The notes under the pieces: generated by a model
Database searches by the model: none
Seen by the model: only the letters and a program-made list of their open reading frames with translations
Told to the model about the DNA's origin: nothing
Part shown: positions 29,352-38,326 of the stretch, in pieces
Numbering within the stretch: the stretch's first letter is position 1
How the letters are laid out: each line of letters opens with the position of its first letter
Origin: Candidatus Latescibacterota bacterium
GTDB taxonomy: Bacteria; Latescibacterota; UBA2968; UBA8231
Direction of reading: 5' to 3'
DNA: 64,000 nt
Assembly (NCBI GenBank): GCA_965248355.1
Contig: OZ252098.1
Coordinates: forward strand, 1,824,001 to 1,888,000
Made by a program: the position numbers and the translations under genes

Positions 29352-30155
29352 TCAATTGGTTGATTTCTTGATGTTGCCCCAAGTGGAACTGCTCACATCC
29401 GAGGACTTCTGGTGCCGATTCTCGGCATCCCAATGATCGACGGTCCTAAAAACTGCTGTCGAATCCGATACGGCACCTCTTGCTCCTCCTCCATCGGACT
29501 CAACCCGAAGAGTTGCCCGCATGCCATACAACTGATGGAGGGCGGCTGTCGTATCTCCGTGGTACACTTCGTCCATGCACCAGTCCATCCCGTAGCCGGC
29601 CAGGAAGCGGATCTGCCTGAGATGGGACCTCCGTGGCGATGCCGCCAGGTAGTCGTCCAGTCCACTGTATCCTGTATACCTGAAGATCCTTATGGGGGGA
29701 AAACCGAACTTGTCCTCAATGTCGAGAAATTCCACTTGCGTATCCCCCTCGGTCTCCGGAATCGTGTACGTGCCGCCCCCAGGCGTGTCGAATCTGTACA
29801 GGGAAATCTCGCCCGTGCCCGTGTGCTCCATGAGATGATCCCCGTTCCACCGCACTTTCTTGCCAGTAATGCAATGAGGCGGGTTTGGGGTCGGACCCGG
29901 CATCGAACTGAACACATAGTAAGTGAGGCCGTCGATCACCTCTGTGCGTTCGATCGAGATCGTGATCTCCCGTGGGCTACCATCCCCATCGTTGAGGCCC
30001 AGCAGCCCATATTCGTCGTGCGAGGAGTTCTTGTAGACCCAGGAATTGCCGACAGCCAAGGGCAGAAACTCAAACGTCTCGTACGTGACCTGCGCCCTGG
30101 CCGATGCCAGGCACAGGGAGGAGATTCCAACGAACAGCAGGATGCGTGGCAGCAT
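29352..30155 (-). CDS. Secreted hypothetical protein (PLxVGNxWxY motif) with C-terminal STWGNIKK tail
   Basis: Signal peptide ending ARA-Q; FLPLAVGNSWVY; GAGGAG RBS. Confidence 0.7.
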   Translation of the reverse strand: MLPRILLFVGISSLCLASARAQVTYETFEFLPLAVGNSWVYKNSSHDEYGLLGLNDGDGSPREITISIERTEVIDGLTYYVFSSMPGPTPNPPHCITGKKVRWNGDHLMEHTGTGEISLYRFDTPGGGTYTIPETEGDTQVEFLDIEDKFGFPPIRIFRYTGYSGLDDYLAASPRRSHLRQIRFLAGYGMDWCMDEVYHGDTTAALHQLYGMRATLRVESDGGGARGAVSDSTAVFRTVDHWDAENRHQKSSDVSSSTWGNIKKSTN

Positions 30156-30311
30156 GAGGGTACTCCTCGGTTATGCCCATCTGGCGTTTGCGGATGGGCC
30201 TGCACGGCATGGATGCGCGGGAGGCTCTTGGACGGCCGAGGCCCCGCTAGGCATCGAACTGAAGACGTAGTAGGTCTTGCCACCGATCACCTCGGTGGTG
30301 TCGATGGAAAT

Positions 30312-31867
30312 GGGTGTAGCCTCGGTTTTACGCAGCCCTCTTGTGGGTTTGGTGGGTCGTCTGGTTCAGGTACCAGTTCCAGAAGGCCTCCCATCGGTTG
30401 GATTGCACTTGGGCTCGTAGATTGAGGATCTGCTGGCCTCCTTGGCGGGTCCAGCGCATGCCGCTGCGTTTGAGTCGATGGCCGACCAGGGTTTTGGCGG
30501 CGGCCTCCACGGGGCCGCTGGAGAGGATCAGCCCCGCCGCGTGATAGCGCGCATAGTCCATTTTGTCGCGGTTGTTCCGGAAGTAGCCCATCTCGGTGGT
30601 CACCTGACGATGGCGTTCGGAGCCTTTTCGAAGTTTGCGGCGGTGACAGGCCAGAGAGCGGATCAGGCCCTGCACGGCCCCGGGCTCGTGGCGCAGTTTG
30701 TGGCGCCAGGACCGGTACCAGCGAGTGGCTTTGGCCGACAGCTTGCCGAAGAGATGCTCGGCCGCCTTCGACAGGTGTTGGGCGGCGTGATAGAAGTCGA
30801 GGATCCGGGTGAAGCCATCGAACACCGGCTGCCGGTCCACGGTGCGCCAGATCTCGCGCTTGCCGTCGGCCAACACCACCCGGTGATCATAGGTCCCTTG
30901 CTGCAAGGCCCGACCCGTCTGGTCCACCAAGCCATCGACGAGGGTTTCCATCTTCGCCTCCGGCATGCGCGCGGCATAGCGCACATCGACGCGTTGGGGG
31001 TCTTCCGTCTCCGGATCCAGTGGCGTCCGATACGTGGCGACCATGCCCACGCCCGCCTCTTTCCAGGCGGTAGGCGCCCGGTCGAGGTCGGCGTCCCTCG
31101 GTCGTTCGGCGGGCCGGCCGCGTTTCGGCGCCGGCTCCCGCAGGGGCACGGTGACGCCGTCCCAACTGACCACCAGGGTGTCGCCTTCGGCCTTCAGCGG
31201 GGCCACATCCTGCAAGGCCAGCTCGAGCTGCTCGGCGTGGTCTTCGGCGTACGGCCCGACGGTGGTCAACAGATGCTGTATGGCGGTGCGCGACGGGGGA
31301 TCGGGCAGCACCTCGGTCAGGCTGTCTTCGACTTCGGCCGGGACCAGGCGGGCCCCCAAGAAGGCGGTGAACCGCTCCAGGGCCGGCACCATGAATCGGC
31401 CGACCATGCCGCAGCGCTCATCCAAGAGCACCCGGCTGGGGCCGCCCCGATCTTGCTGAAACAGCCGCCGCGGCACCCGGACCTTGCCCCACAGGGTCAT
31501 CCACTCCTTGTCAACCACCTGCTTGAACCGGTAGACCCGACCCTGGTGGACCACGGTGTCGTCGGTGATCTCACACGCCTGCGCCAGCCGTTGGAAACCG
31601 ACTCGACCGAGGTCGTCCAACGCCTCTCGCAGCTCGCTCACCCTCTCGCGAAAGTCCTCCGGTCCGGCGTCCGGAGATTGCAGCCGATGCTCCCACTGGA
31701 GGACATTTTCCTCCAACTTCGTCATGCGAGCGCGAAAATCCTTCGTATCTTCCATCTGGGACCCCTCTCCGGGTTTGGGCGTAAGTGCTTACACCCAAAG
31801 ATACATTCGTGCCCGGACGTGGGGTCCCACCTTTCTTGAAAATCTGCGTAAAGTGGAAGCTACACCC
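30312..31867 (-). mobile_element. Complete ISKra4/ISLre2-type insertion sequence (1556 bp)
   Basis: TIRs GGGTGTAGCCTCGGTTTTACGCAG / GGGTGTAGCTTCCACTTTACGCAG (20/24 identical). 8-bp TSD ATGGAAAT at 30304-30311 and 31868-31875. Confidence 0.92.
30328..31755 (-). CDS. ISKra4/ISLre2 (IS256-superfamily) DDE transposase
   Basis: VSWDG, VLADG...IW, ILDFYHA, SSGPVEAAAK, RLKRSGMRW. Confidence 0.92.
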   Translation of the reverse strand: MEDTKDFRARMTKLEENVLQWEHRLQSPDAGPEDFRERVSELREALDDLGRVGFQRLAQACEITDDTVVHQGRVYRFKQVVDKEWMTLWGKVRVPRRLFQQDRGGPSRVLLDERCGMVGRFMVPALERFTAFLGARLVPAEVEDSLTEVLPDPPSRTAIQHLLTTVGPYAEDHAEQLELALQDVAPLKAEGDTLVVSWDGVTVPLREPAPKRGRPAERPRDADLDRAPTAWKEAGVGMVATYRTPLDPETEDPQRVDVRYAARMPEAKMETLVDGLVDQTGRALQQGTYDHRVVLADGKREIWRTVDRQPVFDGFTRILDFYHAAQHLSKAAEHLFGKLSAKATRWYRSWRHKLRHEPGAVQGLIRSLACHRRKLRKGSERHRQVTTEMGYFRNNRDKMDYARYHAAGLILSSGPVEAAAKTLVGHRLKRSGMRWTRQGGQQILNLRAQVQSNRWEAFWNWYLNQTTHQTHKRAA

Positions 31868-32186
31868 ATGGAAATGGCCACCTCTCGATACGCCCCACCC
31901 GAGAGTCCCATCAGGCCATCGGGATCGCTGGCCTCCTGTTGGTATACCCAAGTGTTACCTACCACCAGAGGTAAGTAATCCGAGGGCTGGTACGTCGTCT
32001 GGGAATGAGCTCTGGACGCTGAGATAGCTGACAGATGCTACGGAGAGGTACCAGCCTCCAAAGATCCGAGGCTTGCTTTTGTGCGACCCCAAGACGTGTC
32101 GGAGATCCTCGTATCCCAGTCAGGTTCAAACAGCAGTTTCCACCGCGGGAGTTTTGTAGAGTTGGCAGACCCCCAAGGAGAGAATG

Positions 32187-32450
32187 GAGGTCGTGTCAAA
32201 AGGTGTGTAAACGAGATCAGGCGGCCCTCTGGATCCCTTCCCTGGTAGAGGCGTCCTCTTGGATCGGTTTTCCGTCCTGGTATCTCCGACCGGCGTAGAC
32301 CGCCGGCAGGAGCTCGGGCGCGTTGAGCTTGCGGAATCGTGTCTCGGCCACCCTCAGCACGCGCCAGATGAGGGCGGTGGCCCCCTGGACCCGCTTGTAG
32401 CGTTTGCCCGCGTTGGTCCGCAGACGGACCGAGGCAAAAGGGCTCTCCAC
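32187..32450 (-). mobile_element. IS256-family remnant (transposase C-terminus plus one terminal IR)
   Basis: VESPFASVRLRT...FRKLNAPELL. Terminus gaggtcgtgtcaaaaggtgtgta at 32187. Confidence 0.75.
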
Positions 32451-32569
32451 CGGGAGACGTTGGACTGAATCTTAAGGTCTCGCTCAGAACCGTAGCACAG
32501 CAAATAATGAGTAGCGACCACGACTATCCGGAGCTAGGCCAAGCAAGAACCGGGGAGGTGTCGGAGGCC

Positions 32570-33994
32570 GGGCAAGTCCCATTTTCAGTTGAAACGTAGC
32601 CCAGGCTCGAGTGGATGAGTCAGCCCGTCATCGCGAGCTGTTTGAGGCCGAGTTCGGCTTGGAGCGCTTGTCGGAGCATCGGCAGGTGGTGGTAACCGTT
32701 GATCCGGCGCAGGCGAGGTTCGATGTCGAGCAACGCCGTGGCGACCCAGCGGTGACGCTGCGACGAGTTCGTCCAGCGCCGCACGTTGTGCGTCAACTGC
32801 TCCAGGAGACTGTTGACGTTCTCGATACAGTTGGTGGTACGGAAGGAGGCCTTCAGCATCGGCATCAGGCCCAGGCGGTGGAGCGTGAGGGTTTCTTGCT
32901 GGCCTTCCTCCAAGCTGCGCAGGGCCGACTGGTTCATCAACTGCAACCCCGGTTTCAGCGCCTCCAGGGCGGCTTGGGCCTCCTCGTACGTCGAGTGCCC
33001 ATACGCCGCTTCCAGCTTTCGACGAAGGCCGGCCTGCTCGCTCTTGGGCAGGTACGAGACCACGTTCTGGCGCTTGTGATACTGGCATCGCTGCACGCAG
33101 GCATGGCCCTGGAGCACCGACCGCACTGCCTTGTACAGGCCCTTGCCTCCATCGATCACCACGAGCAGCCCGGCCTCGTATTGCAGGCCCCGCTCGACCA
33201 ACTCCGCCAGGAAGCGACGACAGACGCGCTCGTTCTCGGTCGCCGCCTGCACGAAACCCAGAGGGATCTTGTGTCCTTCCACAGTGACGCCCAGGGCGAT
33301 GAGGATTTCCTCGTCGGCAAAGCTCTTGCCGTCCAGAAACAGCGCCACCAGGTCGTAGCCTTCCAGGGATCGCTGCTGGAATTCGGCCAGCTTGCGCGCC
33401 GTGCCTTTCACATACCGGCGAGAGACCGAGGAACGGGACAGACCGAAGGCTTGCGGGACGGTCTCGGCGCAGGCCTCGTAGTTGCGCGTGGCCAGGCCCT
33501 TCAGCACCCGCAACAACAGCCCCTGATCCATCTGCCTCGGCGTCTGCAGGGCCTGGTAGGCCTCCAGCGGGACCTCGGTGCCGCGGACCACATCGCGCAC
33601 GCGCGGCACCTCGACCGGCAGTTTCTGATCGCCCAGGTACACCGACCCGGCCTGCGCCCCCCAGCGGCGCAACGGCTGATCCGGCCCCTTGCGCTGATAC
33701 CGAGGTCCGGCCAGGGCCTCCACGCCCCGTCGCAGCTCCTCCCCAACCGCCTGCAGCCCCAGGGGGATCAGCAGCTGGATGATCTCGATGCGAGTCTCCA
33801 GATCGTCCATCGACGCGGTGGCTTGGCGGTTCACGGGGCCGATGGTCACGGTCCGTTTGACGCCCCTTTTCCGTGCTTGTAGCTTGCTCATGGCAGGCTC
33901 CTTGGGTTACCGAATACGAGGCTTCTTGGCGATTTCTCGTATCAAACGTAACGATGGGAGCCTGTGTTATTTCAACTAAGATCGGGACAATGCC
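32570..33994 (-). mobile_element. Complete IS256-family element (1425 bp)
   Basis: Imperfect TIRs GGGCAAGTCCCATTTTCAGTTGAAA / GGCATTGTCCCGATCTTAGTTGAAA. 8-bp TSD CGGAGGCC at 32562-32569 and 33995-34002. Confidence 0.9.
32620..33891 (-). CDS. IS256 family transposase
   Basis: VEVPRVRD, FLDGK, VVIDGGKGL, QRCQYHKRQN, TTNCIENVN. Confidence 0.93.
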   Translation of the reverse strand: MSKLQARKRGVKRTVTIGPVNRQATASMDDLETRIEIIQLLIPLGLQAVGEELRRGVEALAGPRYQRKGPDQPLRRWGAQAGSVYLGDQKLPVEVPRVRDVVRGTEVPLEAYQALQTPRQMDQGLLLRVLKGLATRNYEACAETVPQAFGLSRSSVSRRYVKGTARKLAEFQQRSLEGYDLVALFLDGKSFADEEILIALGVTVEGHKIPLGFVQAATENERVCRRFLAELVERGLQYEAGLLVVIDGGKGLYKAVRSVLQGHACVQRCQYHKRQNVVSYLPKSEQAGLRRKLEAAYGHSTYEEAQAALEALKPGLQLMNQSALRSLEEGQQETLTLHRLGLMPMLKASFRTTNCIENVNSLLEQLTHNVRRWTNSSQRHRWVATALLDIEPRLRRINGYHHLPMLRQALQAELGLKQLAMTG

Positions 33995-35015
33995 CGGAGG
34001 CCTGTGCGACATGAAAATGGAAGGCAGTCTTCCTGCCTTCGACGTTTCGGAAACGAAGGTGGCCATGCCAGAAGAGCAGACTAGCACCGCTGGCCATGCA
34101 CGCTCGTAACTATCTCCAATGAGCCCGATACCAAGCACGACACCTAGCCAACTGCTAATCAGTGCTAAGCCGAATTGACTCTCGGAATCCACTAGGCTCA
34201 GACCTGCCGCCGTTCCGAACCCAGTGCCGATGGATCCACCGACCAGGAACCCGATGCCTCCGCAGACACCCTGTCCGTTGCAACCGCTTGACAGAAGGCT
34301 TCCGCCGAGAAAACCACCAGCCGCGCCGGAAATGGATCCGGCGACGAACTTCAAAGCGATTCGTTTGGCATGCGTCAGTTCCTTTCCTTGAGTCGCTGTC
34401 GCGGCTGACGTGTCCGGCTTAGACCCCTCGGTCCCCCCGTGAGTGATATGCATGTGACCAACTGGCTCTGAAGAGAACGTTGTCTTTAGAAGCAGCGTTC
34501 CGATGCCCGCGCCGTCACCGTGAGGGCGCCCTTGGCTCTGTCCCATTGGGGTACACATGGGTGAGAAGGTCAGTGGCAACTCCTGAGCCGAGGGCAATCC
34601 GGTCAGGTAGACGATCCCCGAGTCGAGCGCCTCCAGGACGGTCAGCTTCGCCAACTCCGCAGACGGAGTCGGGGCCCCGTCGGACAGACCGAGGTCCTTC
34701 AACATCGCACGCAGGGAGACGTCCGGCACGGTGACTTCTAGCGAAAGAATATCCGCGCCCAACCGGTCGGCAGAGCCCGCCAGGGTCAGCCCCAAGGCCA
34801 AGGGAATGATACCGAGCATGGTCTTCTACTCCCATCTGCCCGGCACGGGCAATAGCTCGACATGCCTGAGATCGGCGGAAACCGCACTCTGGAGTTATCC
34901 CGGTTTCGCGGACAGCTTTCCGTTTGTATTCTTTCGTGCGTGACGGATGATTCCTTGTTGACGGGCGACTGGTTGTCCAGGGCGGAGTGGGTGGGGACTT
35001 GCACCAGCACCAGCC

Positions 35016-35044
35016 AGTGTATCCGTGGGGCCGAAGTATGTCAA
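35016..35044 (-). promoter_or_regulatory. Near-consensus sigma70 promoter
   Basis: TTGACA-N17-TACACT on the minus strand, about 195 bp upstream of ATG 34819. Confidence 0.6.
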
Positions 35045-35130
35045 GCGATATGTGATATGGTCATGGGTCGCCACGACTTCTGCACGGCCTCATGGAGGCG
35101 AGGAGGGCCTCAGGCGTGGTCTCCGGGCCC

Positions 35131-36343
35131 TCAGCTCTCCCCGCCTCCCTCCGAGTCTACGTCCCGCCCCCCAACCACCTCCCGCCCCCGCCACAGCTCG
35201 TAGACCGCCGGCAACACCAACAACGCCAGCAGGGTGGCGGTCGCCAGCCCGCCGACCATGGGCGCCGCGATCCGCTTCATCACCTGCGACCCGGTGCCCG
35301 TGGCCCACATGATCGGCAGCAGGCCGCCCACCGTCGAACCCACGGTCATGAAGATCGGCCGCACGCGCCGGGAGGCGCCCTCGACAATGGCGGCGGCGAG
35401 ATCTCCGGGGCTTTCGAGAGGGCCCTCCTGGCGGCGGGCCTCCAGCGCCTGGTCGAGGTAGGTGAGCATGACCACGCCCAACTCGGCGCTGACTCCGGCA
35501 AGGGCGATGAACCCCACGCCCACGGCGACGCTCATGTTGTAGTCGAGCAGGTAGATGAGCCAGATCCCACCGACCAGGGCGAAGGGCAGGGTCAACATCA
35601 CCATCAAACTTTCCACGACGCTGCGGAAGTGGAGGAAGAGGAGCAGGAAGATGATGGCGAGGGTCACCGGGACGACGAGGCTCAGCCGCTCCTTGGCCCT
35701 CTCCATGTATTCGTACTGGCCGCTCCAGACCAAGCTGTATCCCTGGGGCAGGTCGATCTCCTCGCCCACGATCTCCCTGGCGCGCTCGACATAGGTGCCC
35801 ACGTCGACGTCGCGGATGTCGATGTAGACCCAGGCGTTGAGGCGCGCGTTCTCGCTCTTGATGCCGGGGGGCCCCTTGCGGATGCGCAGGTCGGCGACCT
35901 GCCCGATGGGGATCTGCGCCCCCGTGGGCGTGGCCACCAGGACCCGCCGCAAGGCGGGCAGGTTGTCGCGCAGCTCGCGCCCGTAGCGCAGGTTGACCGG
36001 GTAGCGCTCGCGGCCCTCCACCGTGTGGGTGATGTTCATGCCGCCCATGGCCGACAGGATCACCTCCTGCACGTCGCCCACCGTGAGCCCGTAGCGCCCC
36101 GCCTCCGCGGTCGCTCTCGAAGTCGACGTAGTTGCCGCCGGCAACCCTTTCGGCGTAGACGCTGGCCGTGCCCGGGATCTCGCGCACCACCTGCTCGATC
36201 CGCCGGCCCACCTCCTGGAGCGTCTCGAGATCGCCGCCGGCGACCTTGATGCCCACGGGGGTCTTGATGCCGGTGGAGAGCATGTCGATGCGCGTCTTGA
36301 TCGGCATCGTCCAGGCGTTGGTCAGGCCCGGGAAGCGGACACC
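35131..36343 (-). pseudogene. cusA: CusA/CzcA heavy-metal RND permease C-terminal fragment, frameshifted
   Basis: PGLTNAWTMPIKTRIDMLSTGIKTPVGIKV, frameshift at ~36110, then ERYPVNLRY, WSGQYEYM, RVRPIFMT, MKRIAAPMVGG. 5' part replaced by an IS21 end at 36344. Confidence 0.88.
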
Positions 36344-36742
36344 TGTCAAGGGACACCCAGATTCGCGCAGTTGGGGGACACGTGAATTCGCGCACCCCGG
36401 ATGATCGGGGTCGGTGCTACCGGATCGGTCTTCCTCCCTCCTGAGGTGAGGCGTGGCACCGGGCCCGGGACCTGCAACGCACCCCGGGCGGAGTCCCCGG
36501 TCCCAACAAGGAACTCTCGTCGAACGAGGGGTGTGAGCGATGGTCCTGGCCTCCTTCCGTCCCCGTGTCATCGGTCCTGGGCCAGTTGCTGCTCCATGTC
36601 CCGGAGGCGGAAGCTGCGGCCGTCGATCTGCAGGACATGGTAGTAGTGGAGCAGACGATCCAGGATGCCGTGGCCGGGACCTCGTCGCCGGCCAACATCT
36701 CCGGCCATTCGCGGATGCTCTGTTGGAGGTGATCAGGGTGCC
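36344..36742 (-). mobile_element. istB: IS21-family remnant (terminus plus degenerate istB 3' end)
   Basis: Terminus TGTCAAGGGACACC... with internal repeats gggacacccagattcgcgca / gggacacgtgaattcgcgca. Frameshifted TLITSN...MLAGDEV..AT..ILDRLLH..HVLQIDGRSFRLRD. Confidence 0.8.
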
Positions 36743-36815
36743 GCCGACCAGGGTATTGGCGGCGGCCTTCACGGGGCCGCTGGAGAGGGATCAGCCCCGC
36801 CGCGCGAAGCGCGCA
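36743..36815 (-). repeat. Short diverged copy of the ISKra4-type transposase 3' region
   Basis: gccgaccagggtattggcggcggccttcacggggccgctggagagggatcagccccgccgc closely matches 30481-30540. Confidence 0.8.
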
Positions 36816-36881
36816 GTCTCACTCTATAGTGGGTGTGGCTTTGGCGAGGATGGAATCGGCCGTAGTAGTCCAAACGTAGGA

Positions 36882-37607
36882 CTACGGGCCGGCCCGCCGC
36901 CGGGCGGCCTCGACAAAGCGCTGGGCCAGCTTCGGGCCCAGACCCTCGTCCTCGTGCTTGAAGAACACGAAGGCGCGGGTCCAGTCCTGCTCCAGGACGC
37001 GCGCCGCCCAGGCCGTCATCTCCTCGTCGGAATAGTCGCTGCCCCGCAGGCGCAGGTAGCCCCAGTCGGCGGTGCTGGCGAAGCGGCGCTCCACGTCGGG
37101 AGCGGTGTCGTCGTCCCCGTGGGCGAAGCAGAGGGCCCGGTTGCGTGAGCGCAGGCTGTCGCGGACCTCGTCGTCGAACCAGCTGTCGTGACGGAACTCC
37201 ATCGCCGCCGGCAGCCGGTCCGGCAGCTGGTCGACGAAGGTGCGCAGCCGCTCCAGGTCTTTCTCGAAGGTCGGCGGGAACTGGAACAGGACCGCTCCCA
37301 GACGCTCGCCCAGCTCGCCGGCGATGCCGGCGAAATAGCCGGTCTCCTCGCCCACGTCCTTCAACCGCTTGAAGTGGGTGATGCGCCGCGTGGCCTTCAT
37401 GGCGTAGCGGAACCCCTCGGGCACGCGCTCGGCCCAGCCGCGCACCACCTCGGGCTTGGGCACCCGGTAGAAGGAGTTGTTGATCTCCACGGCGCGGAAA
37501 CGCTGCCCGTAGAAGGAGAGCATCTCCTTGTCGGGGAGCTTCTCGGGATAGAAGGGCCCCTTCCACTCCTTGTAGCTGTAGCCGCTGGTGCCGGCGTAAA
37601 GCTCCAC
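36882..37607 (-). CDS. DUF72 family protein
   Basis: AGTSGYSYKEWKGPFYP, VEINNSFY, LFQFPP, EFRH, YLRLR, FFKHE. Confidence 0.93.
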   Translation of the reverse strand: MELYAGTSGYSYKEWKGPFYPEKLPDKEMLSFYGQRFRAVEINNSFYRVPKPEVVRGWAERVPEGFRYAMKATRRITHFKRLKDVGEETGYFAGIAGELGERLGAVLFQFPPTFEKDLERLRTFVDQLPDRLPAAMEFRHDSWFDDEVRDSLRSRNRALCFAHGDDDTAPDVERRFASTADWGYLRLRGSDYSDEEMTAWAARVLEQDWTRAFVFFKHEDEGLGPKLAQRFVEAARRRAGP

Positions 37608-37612
37608 GACCC

Positions 37613-38326
37613 TCAGACCTCGATGGCGAAGAGGCGATTCACCGCCGGCAGGGTGATGCGCTCGGAGTAGTGGAAGACCTCGGCCGCCTGGGGGGCCTCA
37701 CCGGTGCGGGTGGGTACTTCGACCACGAAGTCGGCGAACCCCGGGACGTTGAAGGCGACGAAGGCCAGCCGCAGGGCGTCGACGCTGCGCTCGGGGCGGC
37801 GGGACAGGTCCGGCAGCACCACCGGACCGGTGTCGACCTGGTAGATCCCCGGGCCGCGGCGGGTGTTCATCGTCTTCACCGGCGCCTCGATGACGGCCCG
37901 CAGGCCGGTGCCGGGATCGGCGATCTCGGTCTGCGACACCAGCGGCTCGTGGGCATAGGTCGCCTCCAGGATCTCCTCCTGGGTCGTCAGCTCCCGCGCC
38001 GGGCCCTCCACCAGCCGGTAGCTCTGTCCGTCCCACCACCCGTCGGCCTCGCGGACCTCGCGGTAGCCGTCGTGGCGGACGGACTTGCGCCGGAAGACGA
38101 TCGCCCACCGCGGTCCGAAGACCGGCAGGAAATCGTAGTTGTCCTGAAGGAACAGGTCCCTCTCGGCGAAGGTGTCCTCGCTCTTGCAGGACCCGCACTG
38201 GACGTAGTCCTCATGCGTTCCCGAACGCTCGTCGATCCAGCGCGTGCGCGACTCCACCCAGAAGCGGACCTCGTTGGTGGGCGCCCGGCCGATGACGAAG
38301 GAGCGTCCGTAGTCGAGGGGGGTCAT
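37613..38326 (-). CDS. Conserved-looking hypothetical protein
   Basis: Host-like codon bias; coupled to neighbours (ATGA overlap at 38323-38326); CGSCKSE and YQVDTGPV motifs. Confidence 0.7.
   Translation of the reverse strand: MTPLDYGRSFVIGRAPTNEVRFWVESRTRWIDERSGTHEDYVQCGSCKSEDTFAERDLFLQDNYDFLPVFGPRWAIVFRRKSVRHDGYREVREADGWWDGQSYRLVEGPARELTTQEEILEATYAHEPLVSQTEIADPGTGLRAVIEAPVKTMNTRRGPGIYQVDTGPVVLPDLSRRPERSVDALRLAFVAFNVPGFADFVVEVPTRTGEAPQAAEVFHYSERITLPAVNRLFAIEV

Larger units (their letters stand above)
30171..32035 (-). pseudogene. IS-interrupted, truncated paralogue of the 29352-30155 gene
   Basis: Removing the IS and one TSD gives ...AHSQTTYQPSDYLPLVVGNTWVYQQEASDPDGLMGLSGGAYREVAIS|IDTTEVIGGKTYYVFSSMP...RWA*, which aligns by eye with the neighbour's N-terminus. 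Confidence 0.8.
32484..34819 (-). pseudogene. Exported glycine-zipper membrane protein interrupted near its C-terminus by IS256
   Basis: Removing the IS restores ...IFMSHRPP|TPPRFLLGLAPDSRGRYSLFAVLRF* (stop at 32484-32486). N-terminal signal-like segment and Gly-rich hydrophobic helices. Confidence 0.75.

Noticed and set aside
32585..34819. 744-aa ORF as a genuine protein
   Set aside because: It is a chimera of an interrupted gene and an off-frame read through IS256. The TSDs define the insertion.
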